Assembly: GCA_040326155.1 (NCBI GenBank)
Contig: JBEQLE010000002.1
Coordinates: 32,001-96,000 of the forward strand
Direction: 5' to 3'
Origin: Leptospirales bacterium
Lineage (GTDB): Bacteria > Spirochaetota > Leptospiria > Turneriellales > JAOUFE01
Length of the DNA: 64,000 nucleotides
The translations under genes and the position numbers were made by a program. Below the pieces are notes generated by a model. The model saw nothing but the letters and a program-made list of their open reading frames with translations, was not told where the DNA came from and did not search any database. Of this stretch, positions 11,004 to 21,491 are shown one piece after another (the stretch's first letter is position 1; every line of letters begins with the position of its first letter).

Positions 11004-12146
11004 ATGAAAAAAACAGCTCTAATTACAGGTGTCACCGGCCAGGACGGCGCCTATCTTTCAGAATTTCTATTGAATAAAGGTTATGATGTACACGGGATTA
11101 AAAGACGCAGTTCCCTGTTTAACACGGACCGAATCGACCACCTTTATCAGGATCCCCATGAGAGTAATGTAAAGTTTGCACTACATTATGGCGATATGAC
11201 TGATTCAACGAATTTACTTAGCATTATACAGAAGGTGCAACCTGATGAAATTTATAATTTGGCTGCGATGTCCCATGTTGCAGTTTCGTTTGAGACGCCT
11301 GAATATACGGCGAACGCGGATGGAACTGGTTCTTTGAGAATATTGGACGCTGTTCGTTTGCTTGGTTTAACTGAAAAAACCAGAATATACCAGGCCTCAA
11401 CCAGTGAACTGTATGGATTGGTGCAAGAAGTACCGCAAACTGAAAAAACACCTTTTTATCCACGCAGTCCTTATGCTGTGGCAAAGCTCTATGCTTACTG
11501 GATAACCGTTAATTATCGTGAAGCGTATAACATGTTTGCATGTAACGGAATTTTATTTAATCATGAAAGCCCGGTTCGAGGGGAAACTTTTGTAACTCGA
11601 AAAATTACCAGGGCTGCTTCAAAAATTTCATTGGGCCTTCAAGAGAAACTATTTCTGGGAAATCTTAATGCTAAACGAGACTGGGGTCATGCAAAAGACT
11701 ATGTGGAAATGATGTGGTTGATTTTGCAACATGATGCCCCCGAAGATTGGGTTATTGCTACTGGTAAAACTACCCCGGTTCGGGATTTTGTGAAAATGGC
11801 CTTTTCTTTTACTGGTATTGAACTGGAGTTTTCTGGTGAAGGGGTCGATGAGAAAGGTATTATCTCAAACATTGATGTCGATAAGTTCACTTCAGTAGTA
11901 GGTAAACCTCCAACCAGTTTATCACAAGGGCAAACGCTTGTTGAGGTGGATTCTCGTTATTTTCGACCCACTGAAGTGGATCTGTTAATTGGCGATGCTA
12001 CCAAGGCTAAAGAAAAACTGGGTTGGGTACCGAAATTTTCATTGGATGAACTTGTGACCGATATGATGAAATCGGATATTCATTTAATGAAAAAAGATAA
12101 GTATTTAGCGGAAGGCGGATTTGACATTCTAAATTATTATGAATAA
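11004..12146 (+). CDS. gmd: GDP-mannose 4,6-dehydratase
   Basis: [31 protein letters not shown] and [18 protein letters not shown]. Confidence 0.98.
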   Translation: MKKTALITGVTGQDGAYLSEFLLNKGYDVHGIKRRSSLFNTDRIDHLYQDPHESNVKFALHYGDMTDSTNLLSIIQKVQPDEIYNLAAMSHVAVSFETPEYTANADGTGSLRILDAVRLLGLTEKTRIYQASTSELYGLVQEVPQTEKTPFYPRSPYAVAKLYAYWITVNYREAYNMFACNGILFNHESPVRGETFVTRKITRAASKISLGLQEKLFLGNLNAKRDWGHAKDYVEMMWLILQHDAPEDWVIATGKTTPVRDFVKMAFSFTGIELEFSGEGVDEKGIISNIDVDKFTSVVGKPPTSLSQGQTLVEVDSRYFRPTEVDLLIGDATKAKEKLGWVPKFSLDELVTDMMKSDIHLMKKDKYLAEGGFDILNYYE

Positions 12147-13185
12147 AAACAGTAAAATATACATAGCTGGACACGGCGGGCTGGTCGGCGGGGCCATTTT
12201 ACGTAATCTGCAAAGTCAAGGGTATGAAAACATAATTACCCGTACAAGCAAAGAGCTTGACTTGAAAAACCAGTTGGAAACGACACAGTTTTTTGAAGAG
12301 AATAAACCTGAATTTGTTTTTTTGGCAGCGGCAAAGGTCGGGGGAATTATTGCAAATAATATGTACAGAGGTGAGTTTATTTATGACAATATTCTCATTC
12401 AATCGAATGTCATTCACAATGCATATAAGAATTCGGTCAAAAAACTTTTGTTTTTAGGAAGTAGCTGTATTTACCCAAAGATGGCACCACAGCCGATGCC
12501 TGAAAACGCATTACTTACAGGTGAGTTGGAATATACGAATGAACCTTACGCGATAGCAAAAATTGCGGGTATAAAAATGTGTGAAAGTTATAATCTGCAA
12601 TATGGAACAAACTTTATTTCGGCGATGCCTACTAATCTGTACGGCCCAGGTGATAATTTTGATTTAGATAAATCACATGTTTTGCCAGCGATTGTTCGTA
12701 AGGTTTATCTTGCCAGTTTGATGAGAGAAAAAAAATATGATATAATACGCCAAGATCTGGCAGTTTCAACTGACGTGGAAGCGCGTCAAATATTGGATGA
12801 ACATGGGGTTTGTGCAAAGAAAATAACATTATGGGGTAGCGGAAGACCACTACGTGAGTTTTTGTGGTCAGAAGATCTGGCCAAGGCCTGTATATTCTTA
12901 ATGAACAGTGTCAATTTTTCGGATTTGAGTAAAAATATGAAAGAGGTTCGAAATACTCACATAAATATCGGGTCGGGTATAGATTTATCTATACGTGAAC
13001 TTGCTCATCTTGTTAAAGAGATAATTGGGTATACTGGAGATATTCTATTTGATGAAACCAAACCGGATGGCACACCACGGAAACTTACCGATGTCACAAA
13101 AATCCATAATTTGGGTTGGAGGCATAAAGTTGAACTTCCCGAAGGTATAGAAAAGTTGTATAATTTATATAGGGGTGATATTTAG
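12139..13185 (+). CDS. fcl: GDP-L-fucose synthase
   Basis: [29 protein letters not shown] and [11 protein letters not shown]. Follows gmd. Confidence 0.95.
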   Translation: MNKNSKIYIAGHGGLVGGAILRNLQSQGYENIITRTSKELDLKNQLETTQFFEENKPEFVFLAAAKVGGIIANNMYRGEFIYDNILIQSNVIHNAYKNSVKKLLFLGSSCIYPKMAPQPMPENALLTGELEYTNEPYAIAKIAGIKMCESYNLQYGTNFISAMPTNLYGPGDNFDLDKSHVLPAIVRKVYLASLMREKKYDIIRQDLAVSTDVEARQILDEHGVCAKKITLWGSGRPLREFLWSEDLAKACIFLMNSVNFSDLSKNMKEVRNTHINIGSGIDLSIRELAHLVKEIIGYTGDILFDETKPDGTPRKLTDVTKIHNLGWRHKVELPEGIEKLYNLYRGDI

Positions 13186-13258
13186 TTCATCCTGAGATTG
13201 TTTATGTCGGGTTTCTTTGGGTTGACCCCACTGAGGCCAGTGAATATAGGACTACGGA

Positions 13259-13287
13259 TGCACTTTCACCTTGAAGGTGAAAGTGCA
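13259..13287. repeat. Perfect 14-1-14 palindrome (REP-like or terminator-like)
   Basis: TGCACTTTCACCTT-G-AAGGTGAAAGTGCA in the intergenic region after fcl. Confidence 0.75.
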
Positions 13288-13343
13288 GAGGCTTACTCGA
13301 GTATTTTAAATGGTTTGAAATTTTTATAGAGTAAAGGAAAAGC

Positions 13344-14267
13344 ATGAATATATTAGTTACCGGCGGTGCTGGATTTATTGGATCACACATCGTTGATTAC
13401 TTGGTTGAAGATGGGCACAAGGTAGCCGTCCTTGATAATCTTTCTGCCGGCATGGAAAAAAATGTGAATTCGGCAGCCATGTTTTTTAAAGCGGACATTA
13501 ACGATGTTTCGTTCGTAAACAAGGTTTTTTCGGACTGGAAACCGGATATTGTTTACCATATGGCTGCCCAGATTGATGTACGCATATCGATGAACGACCC
13601 GGTATTCGATGCCGATCAAAATATTTTAGGTTCCCTTCGATTACTCGAATGTTGTAAAAAGCATAAAGTTAAAAAGGTAATTTTTGCATCTACCGGTGGA
13701 GCAATTTACGGAGAACAGGAATATTATCCTGCAAATGAGAATCATCCGGTAAATCCTGTCTCGCCGTACGGAATAGCCAAATTAACTGTTGAAAAATATC
13801 TGTATTATTATAAAGTTCAATATGGATTATCGTATGTCTCTTTGCGATATGCAAATGTCTACGGGCCGCGTCAAAACTCAAAAGGTGAAGCCGGAGTTGT
13901 GGCAATATTTGCACAAAAATTACTTAATAAAGAACCGGCGGTTATTAACGGGGATGGAAAACAAACTCGTGATTTTGTTTTTGTTCATGATATCGCAAAG
14001 TATAACAGACTGGCTATTCAACATGACATTGAGGGTATTTTCAATATTGGCACAGGCGTTGAAACCACTGTAAATGAGATTTACACTGAAATTGCCGCTG
14101 CAGCCGGTATCGACACACCCCCCCAGCACGCAAAAGCGATACCTGGAGAACAAGAACGCAGCTCAATAAATGGAGACAGGGCGGTGGTTCGCTTTGGAGT
14201 GAAACCTGAAGTTTCGGTCAGCGAAGGTATTGAAAATACCGTACAATGGTTTAAGTTGAACCGTTGA
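13344..14267 (+). CDS. UDP-hexose 4-epimerase-like SDR
   Basis: VTGGAGFIGSH, STGGAIYG, YGIAK and RYANVYGPRQ. Confidence 0.9.
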   Translation: MNILVTGGAGFIGSHIVDYLVEDGHKVAVLDNLSAGMEKNVNSAAMFFKADINDVSFVNKVFSDWKPDIVYHMAAQIDVRISMNDPVFDADQNILGSLRLLECCKKHKVKKVIFASTGGAIYGEQEYYPANENHPVNPVSPYGIAKLTVEKYLYYYKVQYGLSYVSLRYANVYGPRQNSKGEAGVVAIFAQKLLNKEPAVINGDGKQTRDFVFVHDIAKYNRLAIQHDIEGIFNIGTGVETTVNEIYTEIAAAAGIDTPPQHAKAIPGEQERSSINGDRAVVRFGVKPEVSVSEGIENTVQWFKLNR

Positions 14268-14291
14268 CAGGAAAATCGGATGAATTATAAT
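14264..14291 (+). promoter_or_regulatory. Sigma70 promoter
   Basis: Exact TTGACA-N16-TATAAT, followed by a GGAG RBS and the ATG at 14310. Confidence 0.75.
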
Positions 14292-14309
14292 TAACATTTT
14301 GGAGTATAC

Positions 14310-15359
14310 ATGAATAACTATTTTAGCAATAAAAAGATTTTAATTACCGGTGCTGCGGGTACAATTGGAAGAGAGCTGATCAAACAGTTGCTTGAATTTG
14401 AAGTGCGCGAAATAAAAGCCATTGATAATAATGAAGCGGAACTGTTTTATTTAAATGAGAAGTACCGCAACGAAACACGAATGAACGGTTTTTTCTGTGA
14501 TATTCGTGATTTAAGTCGCCTTTCATACCTGTGTAAAGATGTCGAAATTATTTTACACACGGCGGCCATGAAACATGTTATTATCAGTGAAATTGCTCCG
14601 CTTGACGCTGTTAAAACCAACGCAACCGGAACTTCCAATGTAATTGAGGCGGCTCTGAATTCCGAGTGTATGGAGCGTGTAATTTACACCAGCAGCGATA
14701 AAGCTGTAAACCCTACAAACGTGATGGGTACGACCAAACTGCTCGGTGAAAGGCTGATGACGTCGGCTCTGAACATTCGAGGTTCACGAAATATAATTTT
14801 CAGCAGCACGCGTTTTGGTAATGTTATCGGTTCGAAAGGATCGGTTGTTCCGATTTTTTATAAGCAGGTTCGCGATGGTAATAAAATAACACTGACCGAT
14901 GAAAACATGACTCGCTTTATAATGACTATTCCAGAAGCTACGTCGCTCGTTTTAAGGGCTTCGATTCTAGCGAAAGGTGGGGAAGTTTTTGTAACGAAGA
15001 TGCCTGTTATGAAAATTGTTGACCTGGCCCATGCAATGATCGATCTTGCGGCTCCTCTATTCGGGAAAAAACCGGAAGATATTGGTATTGATATTATAGG
15101 TAAAAAACCGGGTGAAAAAATATACGAAGAGTTGATGACAGAAGAAGAGACGCACCGTGCGATTGAATTAAACGAGATGTTTGTGGTTAAACCTGCTTTT
15201 CCCCCCATCTATGAAAACATTGATTATCATGCATATTCGGACATTAAAAGCCTGAATGTTACCAATCCATACTTGAGTTCAGAAGAACCGGCAATGACAG
15301 TCGAACAGGTAAAAAAGTATTTACAAGAAAATCGAATTATTGAACTGATTTCGGAATAA
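14310..15359 (+). CDS. UDP-GlcNAc 4,6-dehydratase family (CapD/PseB/FnlA-like)
   Basis: ITGAAGTIG, HTAAMKHV, SSDKAVNPTNVMGTTK, RFGNVIGSKGSV and PGEKIYEEL. Confidence 0.9.
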   Translation: MNNYFSNKKILITGAAGTIGRELIKQLLEFEVREIKAIDNNEAELFYLNEKYRNETRMNGFFCDIRDLSRLSYLCKDVEIILHTAAMKHVIISEIAPLDAVKTNATGTSNVIEAALNSECMERVIYTSSDKAVNPTNVMGTTKLLGERLMTSALNIRGSRNIIFSSTRFGNVIGSKGSVVPIFYKQVRDGNKITLTDENMTRFIMTIPEATSLVLRASILAKGGEVFVTKMPVMKIVDLAHAMIDLAAPLFGKKPEDIGIDIIGKKPGEKIYEELMTEEETHRAIELNEMFVVKPAFPPIYENIDYHAYSDIKSLNVTNPYLSSEEPAMTVEQVKKYLQENRIIELISE

Positions 15360-15394
15360 GCCCGGCCTGCATTCAATCAGCAAGTGCAAATATA

Positions 15395-16447
15395 ATGTTT
15401 GAACTAACAGAATTAAGAATATTTGGTTTATTGATTGGAGTAATCGTGCTGCTATTTGTTTTCAGTAAGTTGCGAGTACACTCCGAAAGCCGTAAGGGTG
15501 TATGGACGCTGATTTTATTTGCTTTTACCGTAGCGGTGGTATCCGTTTTCCCGTCCATCGTTAACATCCCGGCTGATCTGTTCTCGTTGGACAACCATCC
15601 TTCGGGAAGACTGATAACCTTGTTGATATTATCTACACTGCTTTTATGGCTAACCGTATTGTACGAGAGAGGAAAGCTTGCAGCTGTTCGTGGCCAGATG
15701 GACCGCTTTACCAGGAATGTCGCTCTAAAAGATTTTCATGATCAATATCAAAGTGTAACTATAAAAAACAGAATATTGATTTTAATTCCTGCTTTTGATG
15801 AAGCTGAAAACCTGTCTTCTTTACTACCAGGAATTCCCGATAAAATTCTTGGTAGAAAGGTAACGGTCATTGTCATTGATGATGGTAGCAAAGATGGAAC
15901 GGAGGCCGTCGCTAAAAAAGAGAAAGCAATGGTGGTCAGCCATCCGGTAAACAGAGGTGGAGGCGCCGCGTTAAAAACGGGATATGCTATTACCAGAGCC
16001 ATGGAAAATTGTATTATTGTTACGATGGATGGCGATGGCCAGCATGATCCATCCGAACTTGAGTCCCTTATAGAGCCGATCATTAAATCGGAAGCAGACT
16101 TTACAATTGGTTCTCGGGTACTCGGTGGAATGGACCGCTATTCCACCCTCCGGTTTGTTGGAGTGCACGTATTTAATTTCTTGATCAACAGAATGATGGG
16201 TGCAAAAATAACTGATTGCGCAAGTGGATATCGAGCATTTACCAGTAAACTTTTATTGGCGTGCGTATTGCAAGAAGAGCAATACCATACATCCGAGTTG
16301 ATCATTGAAGCATTGAAAAAAAAATTCAGAGTCAAAGACATACCTGTCCATATCGCAGCCCGTAAATTCGGACACAGTAAAAAAGGACACTCAATAAAGT
16401 ATGCATTTCTTTTCTTGAAAACAATAATAAAGACATGGTTGCGATAA
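15395..16447 (+). CDS. DUF2304-like membrane domain fused to a polyprenol-phosphate glycosyltransferase (DPM1-like GT2)
   Basis: Three N-terminal TM helices, then IPAFDE, DDGSKD, NRGGGAALKTG, MDGDGQHDP and TDCASGYRAF. Confidence 0.8.
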   Translation: MFELTELRIFGLLIGVIVLLFVFSKLRVHSESRKGVWTLILFAFTVAVVSVFPSIVNIPADLFSLDNHPSGRLITLLILSTLLLWLTVLYERGKLAAVRGQMDRFTRNVALKDFHDQYQSVTIKNRILILIPAFDEAENLSSLLPGIPDKILGRKVTVIVIDDGSKDGTEAVAKKEKAMVVSHPVNRGGGAALKTGYAITRAMENCIIVTMDGDGQHDPSELESLIEPIIKSEADFTIGSRVLGGMDRYSTLRFVGVHVFNFLINRMMGAKITDCASGYRAFTSKLLLACVLQEEQYHTSELIIEALKKKFRVKDIPVHIAARKFGHSKKGHSIKYAFLFLKTIIKTWLR

Positions 16448-16453
16448 AATAGC

Positions 16454-17377
16454 ATGAGCAATGAAATTGATACAAAAGTCGCTTTTATAGTCGGATCGCC
16501 CCGATCAGGGACGACGATATTAGGGGAAATACTTAATGAACACCCCCGTATGGCGCAATGGTATGAGCCTTATTTTATCTGGGATAAACATTTTCGAAAT
16601 GCGGAAAATGACCGGCGCACCCCGGAAGACGCGGAAATAAAAGTAGTCGATCAAATTCGAAAAGATTTCAGTCGTTATGCAAAAAACAGAGTAGTGGATG
16701 TTGTCATTGACAAGTCGCCGCGCAACAGTTTAACTATTGAATTCATCCTCGAGATCTTCCCGAACGCAAAATTTATTCATATATTACGCGACGGACGCGA
16801 TGTAACCAGTTCCATTCACCGGGAATGGAACAAAAGAATAAGTATTTTTAATAAAAATAATCGAGAACAAAAATTTGATTATAAGGCCGCTTTTTTAACT
16901 CTAAAAACATGGTTAGATCGACAACCCTTTTTGAGAGACAAATTGCGTGCATTTTGGCATGAAACGAACGGGCATTTATTCAATAAAGGAAAAACTTTAA
17001 ACAGGACGCGTTGGCATGGAAGAGTCGGATGGGGTCCACGCTATCAAAACTGGGAAGAAGATTTAATATCCGGAGAATTGATTGAGTTCAATGCAAGGCA
17101 ATGGTTGAACTGTGTTGATTCCATATTCAAGTCATGGCCGAAAATAAAAAAAGAAAACAAGCTTCTCATTAGATATGAAAATATGTTAATAAATCCGGAG
17201 AAAACTCTTTCTCAAGTCACAGAATTTCTCGGACTGGAGCCGTGCGTTGAGGTGACTGAAGCCGGTAAAGTTTTACGTCCCGGTAATACCGGGAAATGGG
17301 CCAAAGATTTATCGTCTGAAGATGTGAAATTGATTACACCGATTATTAAACCTATGCTGAAAAAAATCGGCTACTGA
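16454..17377 (+). CDS. Sulfotransferase (Sulfotransfer_3 type)
   Basis: IVGSPRSGTT, DKSP, ILRDGRDV, RYE and EFLGL. Confidence 0.9.
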   Translation: MSNEIDTKVAFIVGSPRSGTTILGEILNEHPRMAQWYEPYFIWDKHFRNAENDRRTPEDAEIKVVDQIRKDFSRYAKNRVVDVVIDKSPRNSLTIEFILEIFPNAKFIHILRDGRDVTSSIHREWNKRISIFNKNNREQKFDYKAAFLTLKTWLDRQPFLRDKLRAFWHETNGHLFNKGKTLNRTRWHGRVGWGPRYQNWEEDLISGELIEFNARQWLNCVDSIFKSWPKIKKENKLLIRYENMLINPEKTLSQVTEFLGLEPCVEVTEAGKVLRPGNTGKWAKDLSSEDVKLITPIIKPMLKKIGY

Positions 17378-17394
17378 ACTTAAAACCGGATTAT

Positions 17395-18378
17395 ATGAAA
17401 CTCCTGAAAATCCTTATCTCGGTCCTGGTTCTCGTATATCTGTTTTTTTTGATATCCTGGGAGCAGCTCTTACTGGCTTTGGAAAATTCGTCGCCAGGTT
17501 ATTACGTTTTTTCAGCTGCTATTGCAATGCTTGGTCCAATTGTTATGGGCCTGAAATATTATTATTTATTGAAAGGAACCGAGATACAAAAAAAAGCCGG
17601 TTTTATGGTGCGCGTAAATTACATCAGCAGGTACTATTCAATTTTACTTCCGAGCGGCGTGGGTCAACTGGCTGTTCGTTGGTACCAGGTCACCCGAAAT
17701 GAAACGGGCCGACTTCTCTTTTTCATGCTGAGCGTTTATGAACGAGTCTCTTTTATTTTGGTGGTGTGCATAATTTACTTCGCCACCGCCATGGTATATA
17801 AAAATGACAACAGGTTGTTTTTCAGCAGTGATTATGTCTTAACAGTTGTTTCTCTCGTACTTGCCTTTACAGTGGCGGTAATCCTGTATTTTAGATTAAA
17901 ATCTTTCCGAGCGCTGGTTTATAGACCGCTATCAAAGGTTTTCTCTTATGTACCTTTTGTTCACAAATTTTTCGAAAAAGTCAGCAAAAATGTATCCGAA
18001 GCCGCAGAAAAAACGATGGTTAATAATAAAAAAAATACCATTGAATCGATATTCAGTTTAATTTGGATATTGATATTTTTTATTAGATATTATTTCATTG
18101 CACAATCACTCCATCTAAATATCTCTTTTGTGGATATGTTTTTAGTCAGTATGGTGCTTATAGTTATCCAGATGCTGCCCATTTCGTTTTCCGGTGTCGG
18201 AGTCAGAGAGGGTGGTTTAATCCTCATGTACCAGACTCTGGGCGAAAGTCAGGAGGCAGCTGTATTAAGCGGTATAATGTTTTTCTCCCATATCCTTTTT
18301 ATTGCTTTATTCGGTATGGTGTTTTTGATACTCGGTAAATACGTTGATGGTAATGAAAAATCTAATATTACTGAATAG
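17395..18378 (+). CDS. Flippase-like membrane protein (lysylphosphatidylglycerol-synthase TM / UPF0104)
   Basis: Multi-TM protein with LPSGVG and LPISFSGVGVRE motifs. Confidence 0.8.
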   Translation: MKLLKILISVLVLVYLFFLISWEQLLLALENSSPGYYVFSAAIAMLGPIVMGLKYYYLLKGTEIQKKAGFMVRVNYISRYYSILLPSGVGQLAVRWYQVTRNETGRLLFFMLSVYERVSFILVVCIIYFATAMVYKNDNRLFFSSDYVLTVVSLVLAFTVAVILYFRLKSFRALVYRPLSKVFSYVPFVHKFFEKVSKNVSEAAEKTMVNNKKNTIESIFSLIWILIFFIRYYFIAQSLHLNISFVDMFLVSMVLIVIQMLPISFSGVGVREGGLILMYQTLGESQEAAVLSGIMFFSHILFIALFGMVFLILGKYVDGNEKSNITE

Positions 18379-18404
18379 CCCGGTTTGTCTCGTCAGGAAA
18401 TTCG

Positions 18405-20201
18405 ATGTACCTCGATAAATATAACAAATTTAATGATCTTGTTTTTTCCCGAAAGTATTTAACGTTTACTTTCGCCGTTGCCGTATCGATGCTGGTCGCA
18501 CTCTATAATCTTAATCTGAATTTCTCGAGAGATGGCCTGTTCTATTTATCCATGACCGTAGATCCTCAAGGGTTTAACAATATTCGGCCAGGGTATATTT
18601 TTTTCTCAAGTATTTTTAATTCATTTATAACAGATCCATTATATTCTGCCATTGTATTTCAAACCGCTCAGGAATTTATTTTTTTTCTATGTCTGACTTT
18701 ATTTTTTCTTGTTCAACGAAATATTACGGGACTATTGATTTCGCTGGTGTTGGCAACATTTTCCTCATTCCATTTTAAGATATACACGCACTTCCTGATT
18801 GACAGTTTTGTAGCAACACAGGCCTCCGCAGTACTTTTGAGTGCATGGGTGTATTATTTTCGGAAGCCCTCCAAGACTATAAAATATACATCTCTGATAC
18901 TGTATACGGCCGTATTGCCGGTTATTGCTGCTCTGGGCAAGCCGTTGGTTATAAGCATTTACGTTGGCGTTCTTTTCTACGTAGTTTTAGAAATTATTTA
19001 CGATCGTATAAAAAATGGTAAATTCAAGAATTTGCAAAACTTTTTGTTCTCTTTAATTCCAATTATAATAATTATTGTCTTAATTAAAATCAGCTCTTCC
19101 GAGCGAGCGGTTGGTAAACATTCATCAAATGTTTTAGAATATTACCAGTCGGTGCTATCTGCGGGTTCAATCTCTCAGTTATTCAAACCTGTAATAAATT
19201 TTTTTCATTCTTATATTATTGAAATTTTCGGTACGGTCCAAATATTTATTTTGCCTGTAATCTTGTTAATTATTGCCTCCTTTAAATCAAAAAAGTCTCG
19301 GTTTTTTCTTTGTATTCTTGCAGGACATCTGCCTATAGTTTTTATCCTGGGCACTTCTGGCCTCCGGGCGGGCCAGGCAGTTACACTGTTTGTAAGCTGG
19401 GTTTTTATGTTTGGTTTCGTCGCTGTGGAAACCTATAATCAGTGGAAGCCGAAACTCGAGAAGTTGAGTAAAAACCAATCTCGTTGGGGGGGAGCTTCTT
19501 TAATCTTGATATTAATTTTATTTCTACCAGGTTCGAAGTTCGATGGGAGGATATTGTCGAGAGCTAAACCGTTTACCGTCTCAAGTAAATTGTTGAAAGT
19601 TAAAGAAAATCTTTATCAATTGGATATGGCGGATAATACCGTAATTTATTACGATTATCCGATTGCGCCATACCTTAAGTCTTTTACAAAAGTGTATTCA
19701 AAAGGTTTCAAACATTTTACATCCATGTATCGGGTGGACAATGTCTCCTTAAAAGAAAATGCGCCGGAAAATTATGTTACCCCGGGTATTCTTTTTCAAA
19801 AATGGTGGCCAAACAGTGAGAGTCAGAACCTGTTGTACTTTAGAGGTCAATCGCCCAGGCACGAGACATTTTTCATAGATTTATGTAAGTGGAATGATCG
19901 TTCAAATATTGGTGATATTGTAGTTTTGCATAAGAGTAGGTGGAAGCATCTTGTTCCGATCTTAGAAAAACAATTTGCACTAATAAAAGTAAATGAGTTT
20001 ACGGGCTTCAACGTTTATAAAATTCAGAAAAAAAGGGAGTGTCTCGTTCAAGGAAATTTATTGATTCATAATAGTATTGCCAAAACAGTGCGTAAGAACG
20101 CAATTTACGATTTCAGTCAAATGAATGGATTTAAAAATAACGGTTGGGAAGAGTTTAAAAATCTCTCTTTTTCCGGTTATTATACCGTCCCGCTACGATA
20201 A
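18405..20201 (+). CDS. Polytopic membrane protein, probable GT-C glycosyltransferase
   Basis: About 11 TM helices, an early loop RDG...RPGY and a C-terminal soluble domain. Lies beside the GT2 and flippase genes. Confidence 0.55.
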   Translation: MYLDKYNKFNDLVFSRKYLTFTFAVAVSMLVALYNLNLNFSRDGLFYLSMTVDPQGFNNIRPGYIFFSSIFNSFITDPLYSAIVFQTAQEFIFFLCLTLFFLVQRNITGLLISLVLATFSSFHFKIYTHFLIDSFVATQASAVLLSAWVYYFRKPSKTIKYTSLILYTAVLPVIAALGKPLVISIYVGVLFYVVLEIIYDRIKNGKFKNLQNFLFSLIPIIIIIVLIKISSSERAVGKHSSNVLEYYQSVLSAGSISQLFKPVINFFHSYIIEIFGTVQIFILPVILLIIASFKSKKSRFFLCILAGHLPIVFILGTSGLRAGQAVTLFVSWVFMFGFVAVETYNQWKPKLEKLSKNQSRWGGASLILILILFLPGSKFDGRILSRAKPFTVSSKLLKVKENLYQLDMADNTVIYYDYPIAPYLKSFTKVYSKGFKHFTSMYRVDNVSLKENAPENYVTPGILFQKWWPNSESQNLLYFRGQSPRHETFFIDLCKWNDRSNIGDIVVLHKSRWKHLVPILEKQFALIKVNEFTGFNVYKIQKKRECLVQGNLLIHNSIAKTVRKNAIYDFSQMNGFKNNGWEEFKNLSFSGYYTVPLR

Positions 20202-20303
20202 GGATATAGTCTGCGGTTGTAAAAAAGGTTTACAGGGAATTTGCTTTATTGAAACTATTAAAGAGCAACTCTGAAATACGGAGTTTGCTAATAAGGAGAA
20301 ATT

Positions 20304-21491
20304 ATGTCACATGTATTAATTTTAGGCGGAGACGGTTATTTAGGCTGGCCCACGGCAATGTACTTTTCGGAACGAGGTTATGAAGTTACTGTAGTGGATA
20401 ATTATCTGCGCCGTTTCGGAAGCCAGAGGCTTGACACGGGACTTTTATTCGATGTTCCAAACTTGATACAACGAGCGACGCTCTGGTATGAGAAAACCGG
20501 AAAAGAGATTAAAGTTGTCATTGGCGACCTGGCTGATGCAGAAATAACTCGATCACTGTTCGACGGGCGTATTAAATACCATTGGTCTCATAACAAAAAG
20601 TTTACAGGTATTCCTGATACAATTATCCATTATGCTGAACAACCTTCGGCTCCTTATTCGATGATCGATTATAAACATTCTAATTTTACCATTCAAAATA
20701 ATTTACTGGTTACGAACAACATTATGTATGCTGTACGTGATTTTGCTCCGAAATCTCATATTATTAAACTGGGAACAATGGGAGAGTACGGAACTCCGAA
20801 TATCGATATTGAAGAGGGCTGGATAGAGATTGAGCATAAAGGACGAAAAGGAAAGTTTTTATACCCTCGTCAGGCTGGTTCCATTTACCACACATCAAAG
20901 ATTATGGATACGGATTTATTGTGGTTTGGCGTACGCATGTGGGACCTGAAAGTTACCGACTTGATGCAGGGACCGGTGTATGGAATTGAGACGGAAGAAT
21001 CGATTATCGATAAACGACTCAGGACGCTTTTTAATTATGATGAAATTTACGGAACAATTGTAAATCGCTTTATTACCCAGGCGGTAGTCGGTTATCCTTT
21101 GACGGTTTATGGTAAAGGTGGACAGACTCGTGGTTATCTTCATATTGAAGATACGTTGCAGTGCGTTCATAAATCGGAACAGACCCCGGCGAAAGAAGGT
21201 GAGCTGCGAATTTTCAACCAGATTATGGAAATGTTTTCAGCAAATGAACTTGCTGAAAAAACTCAAAAAATCGGCAAGCAGCTGGGATATGATGTTAAAA
21301 TAGAATCTATAGAAAACCCGCGTAAAGAGCAGGAAGAACACTACTACAATCCAACCTACCAGGGGCTGCTTGACCTTGGAGTAAAACCGCATTATTTAAA
21401 AGACGATTTAATGATCGATATGTTCCGGGTTGTGGAAGAGTATAAAGAGAATATTAGAAAAGAAGTTATCTTTCGAGGAATTAAATGGTAA
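20304..21491 (+). CDS. sqdB: UDP-sulfoquinovose synthase (SqdB/SQD1/Agl3 family)
   Basis: GGDGYLGWPT, HYAEQPSAPYSM, KLGTMGEYGTPN, YHTSK, DLMQGPVYG and NPRKE...HYYNP. Confidence 0.9.
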   Translation: MSHVLILGGDGYLGWPTAMYFSERGYEVTVVDNYLRRFGSQRLDTGLLFDVPNLIQRATLWYEKTGKEIKVVIGDLADAEITRSLFDGRIKYHWSHNKKFTGIPDTIIHYAEQPSAPYSMIDYKHSNFTIQNNLLVTNNIMYAVRDFAPKSHIIKLGTMGEYGTPNIDIEEGWIEIEHKGRKGKFLYPRQAGSIYHTSKIMDTDLLWFGVRMWDLKVTDLMQGPVYGIETEESIIDKRLRTLFNYDEIYGTIVNRFITQAVVGYPLTVYGKGGQTRGYLHIEDTLQCVHKSEQTPAKEGELRIFNQIMEMFSANELAEKTQKIGKQLGYDVKIESIENPRKEQEEHYYNPTYQGLLDLGVKPHYLKDDLMIDMFRVVEEYKENIRKEVIFRGIKW

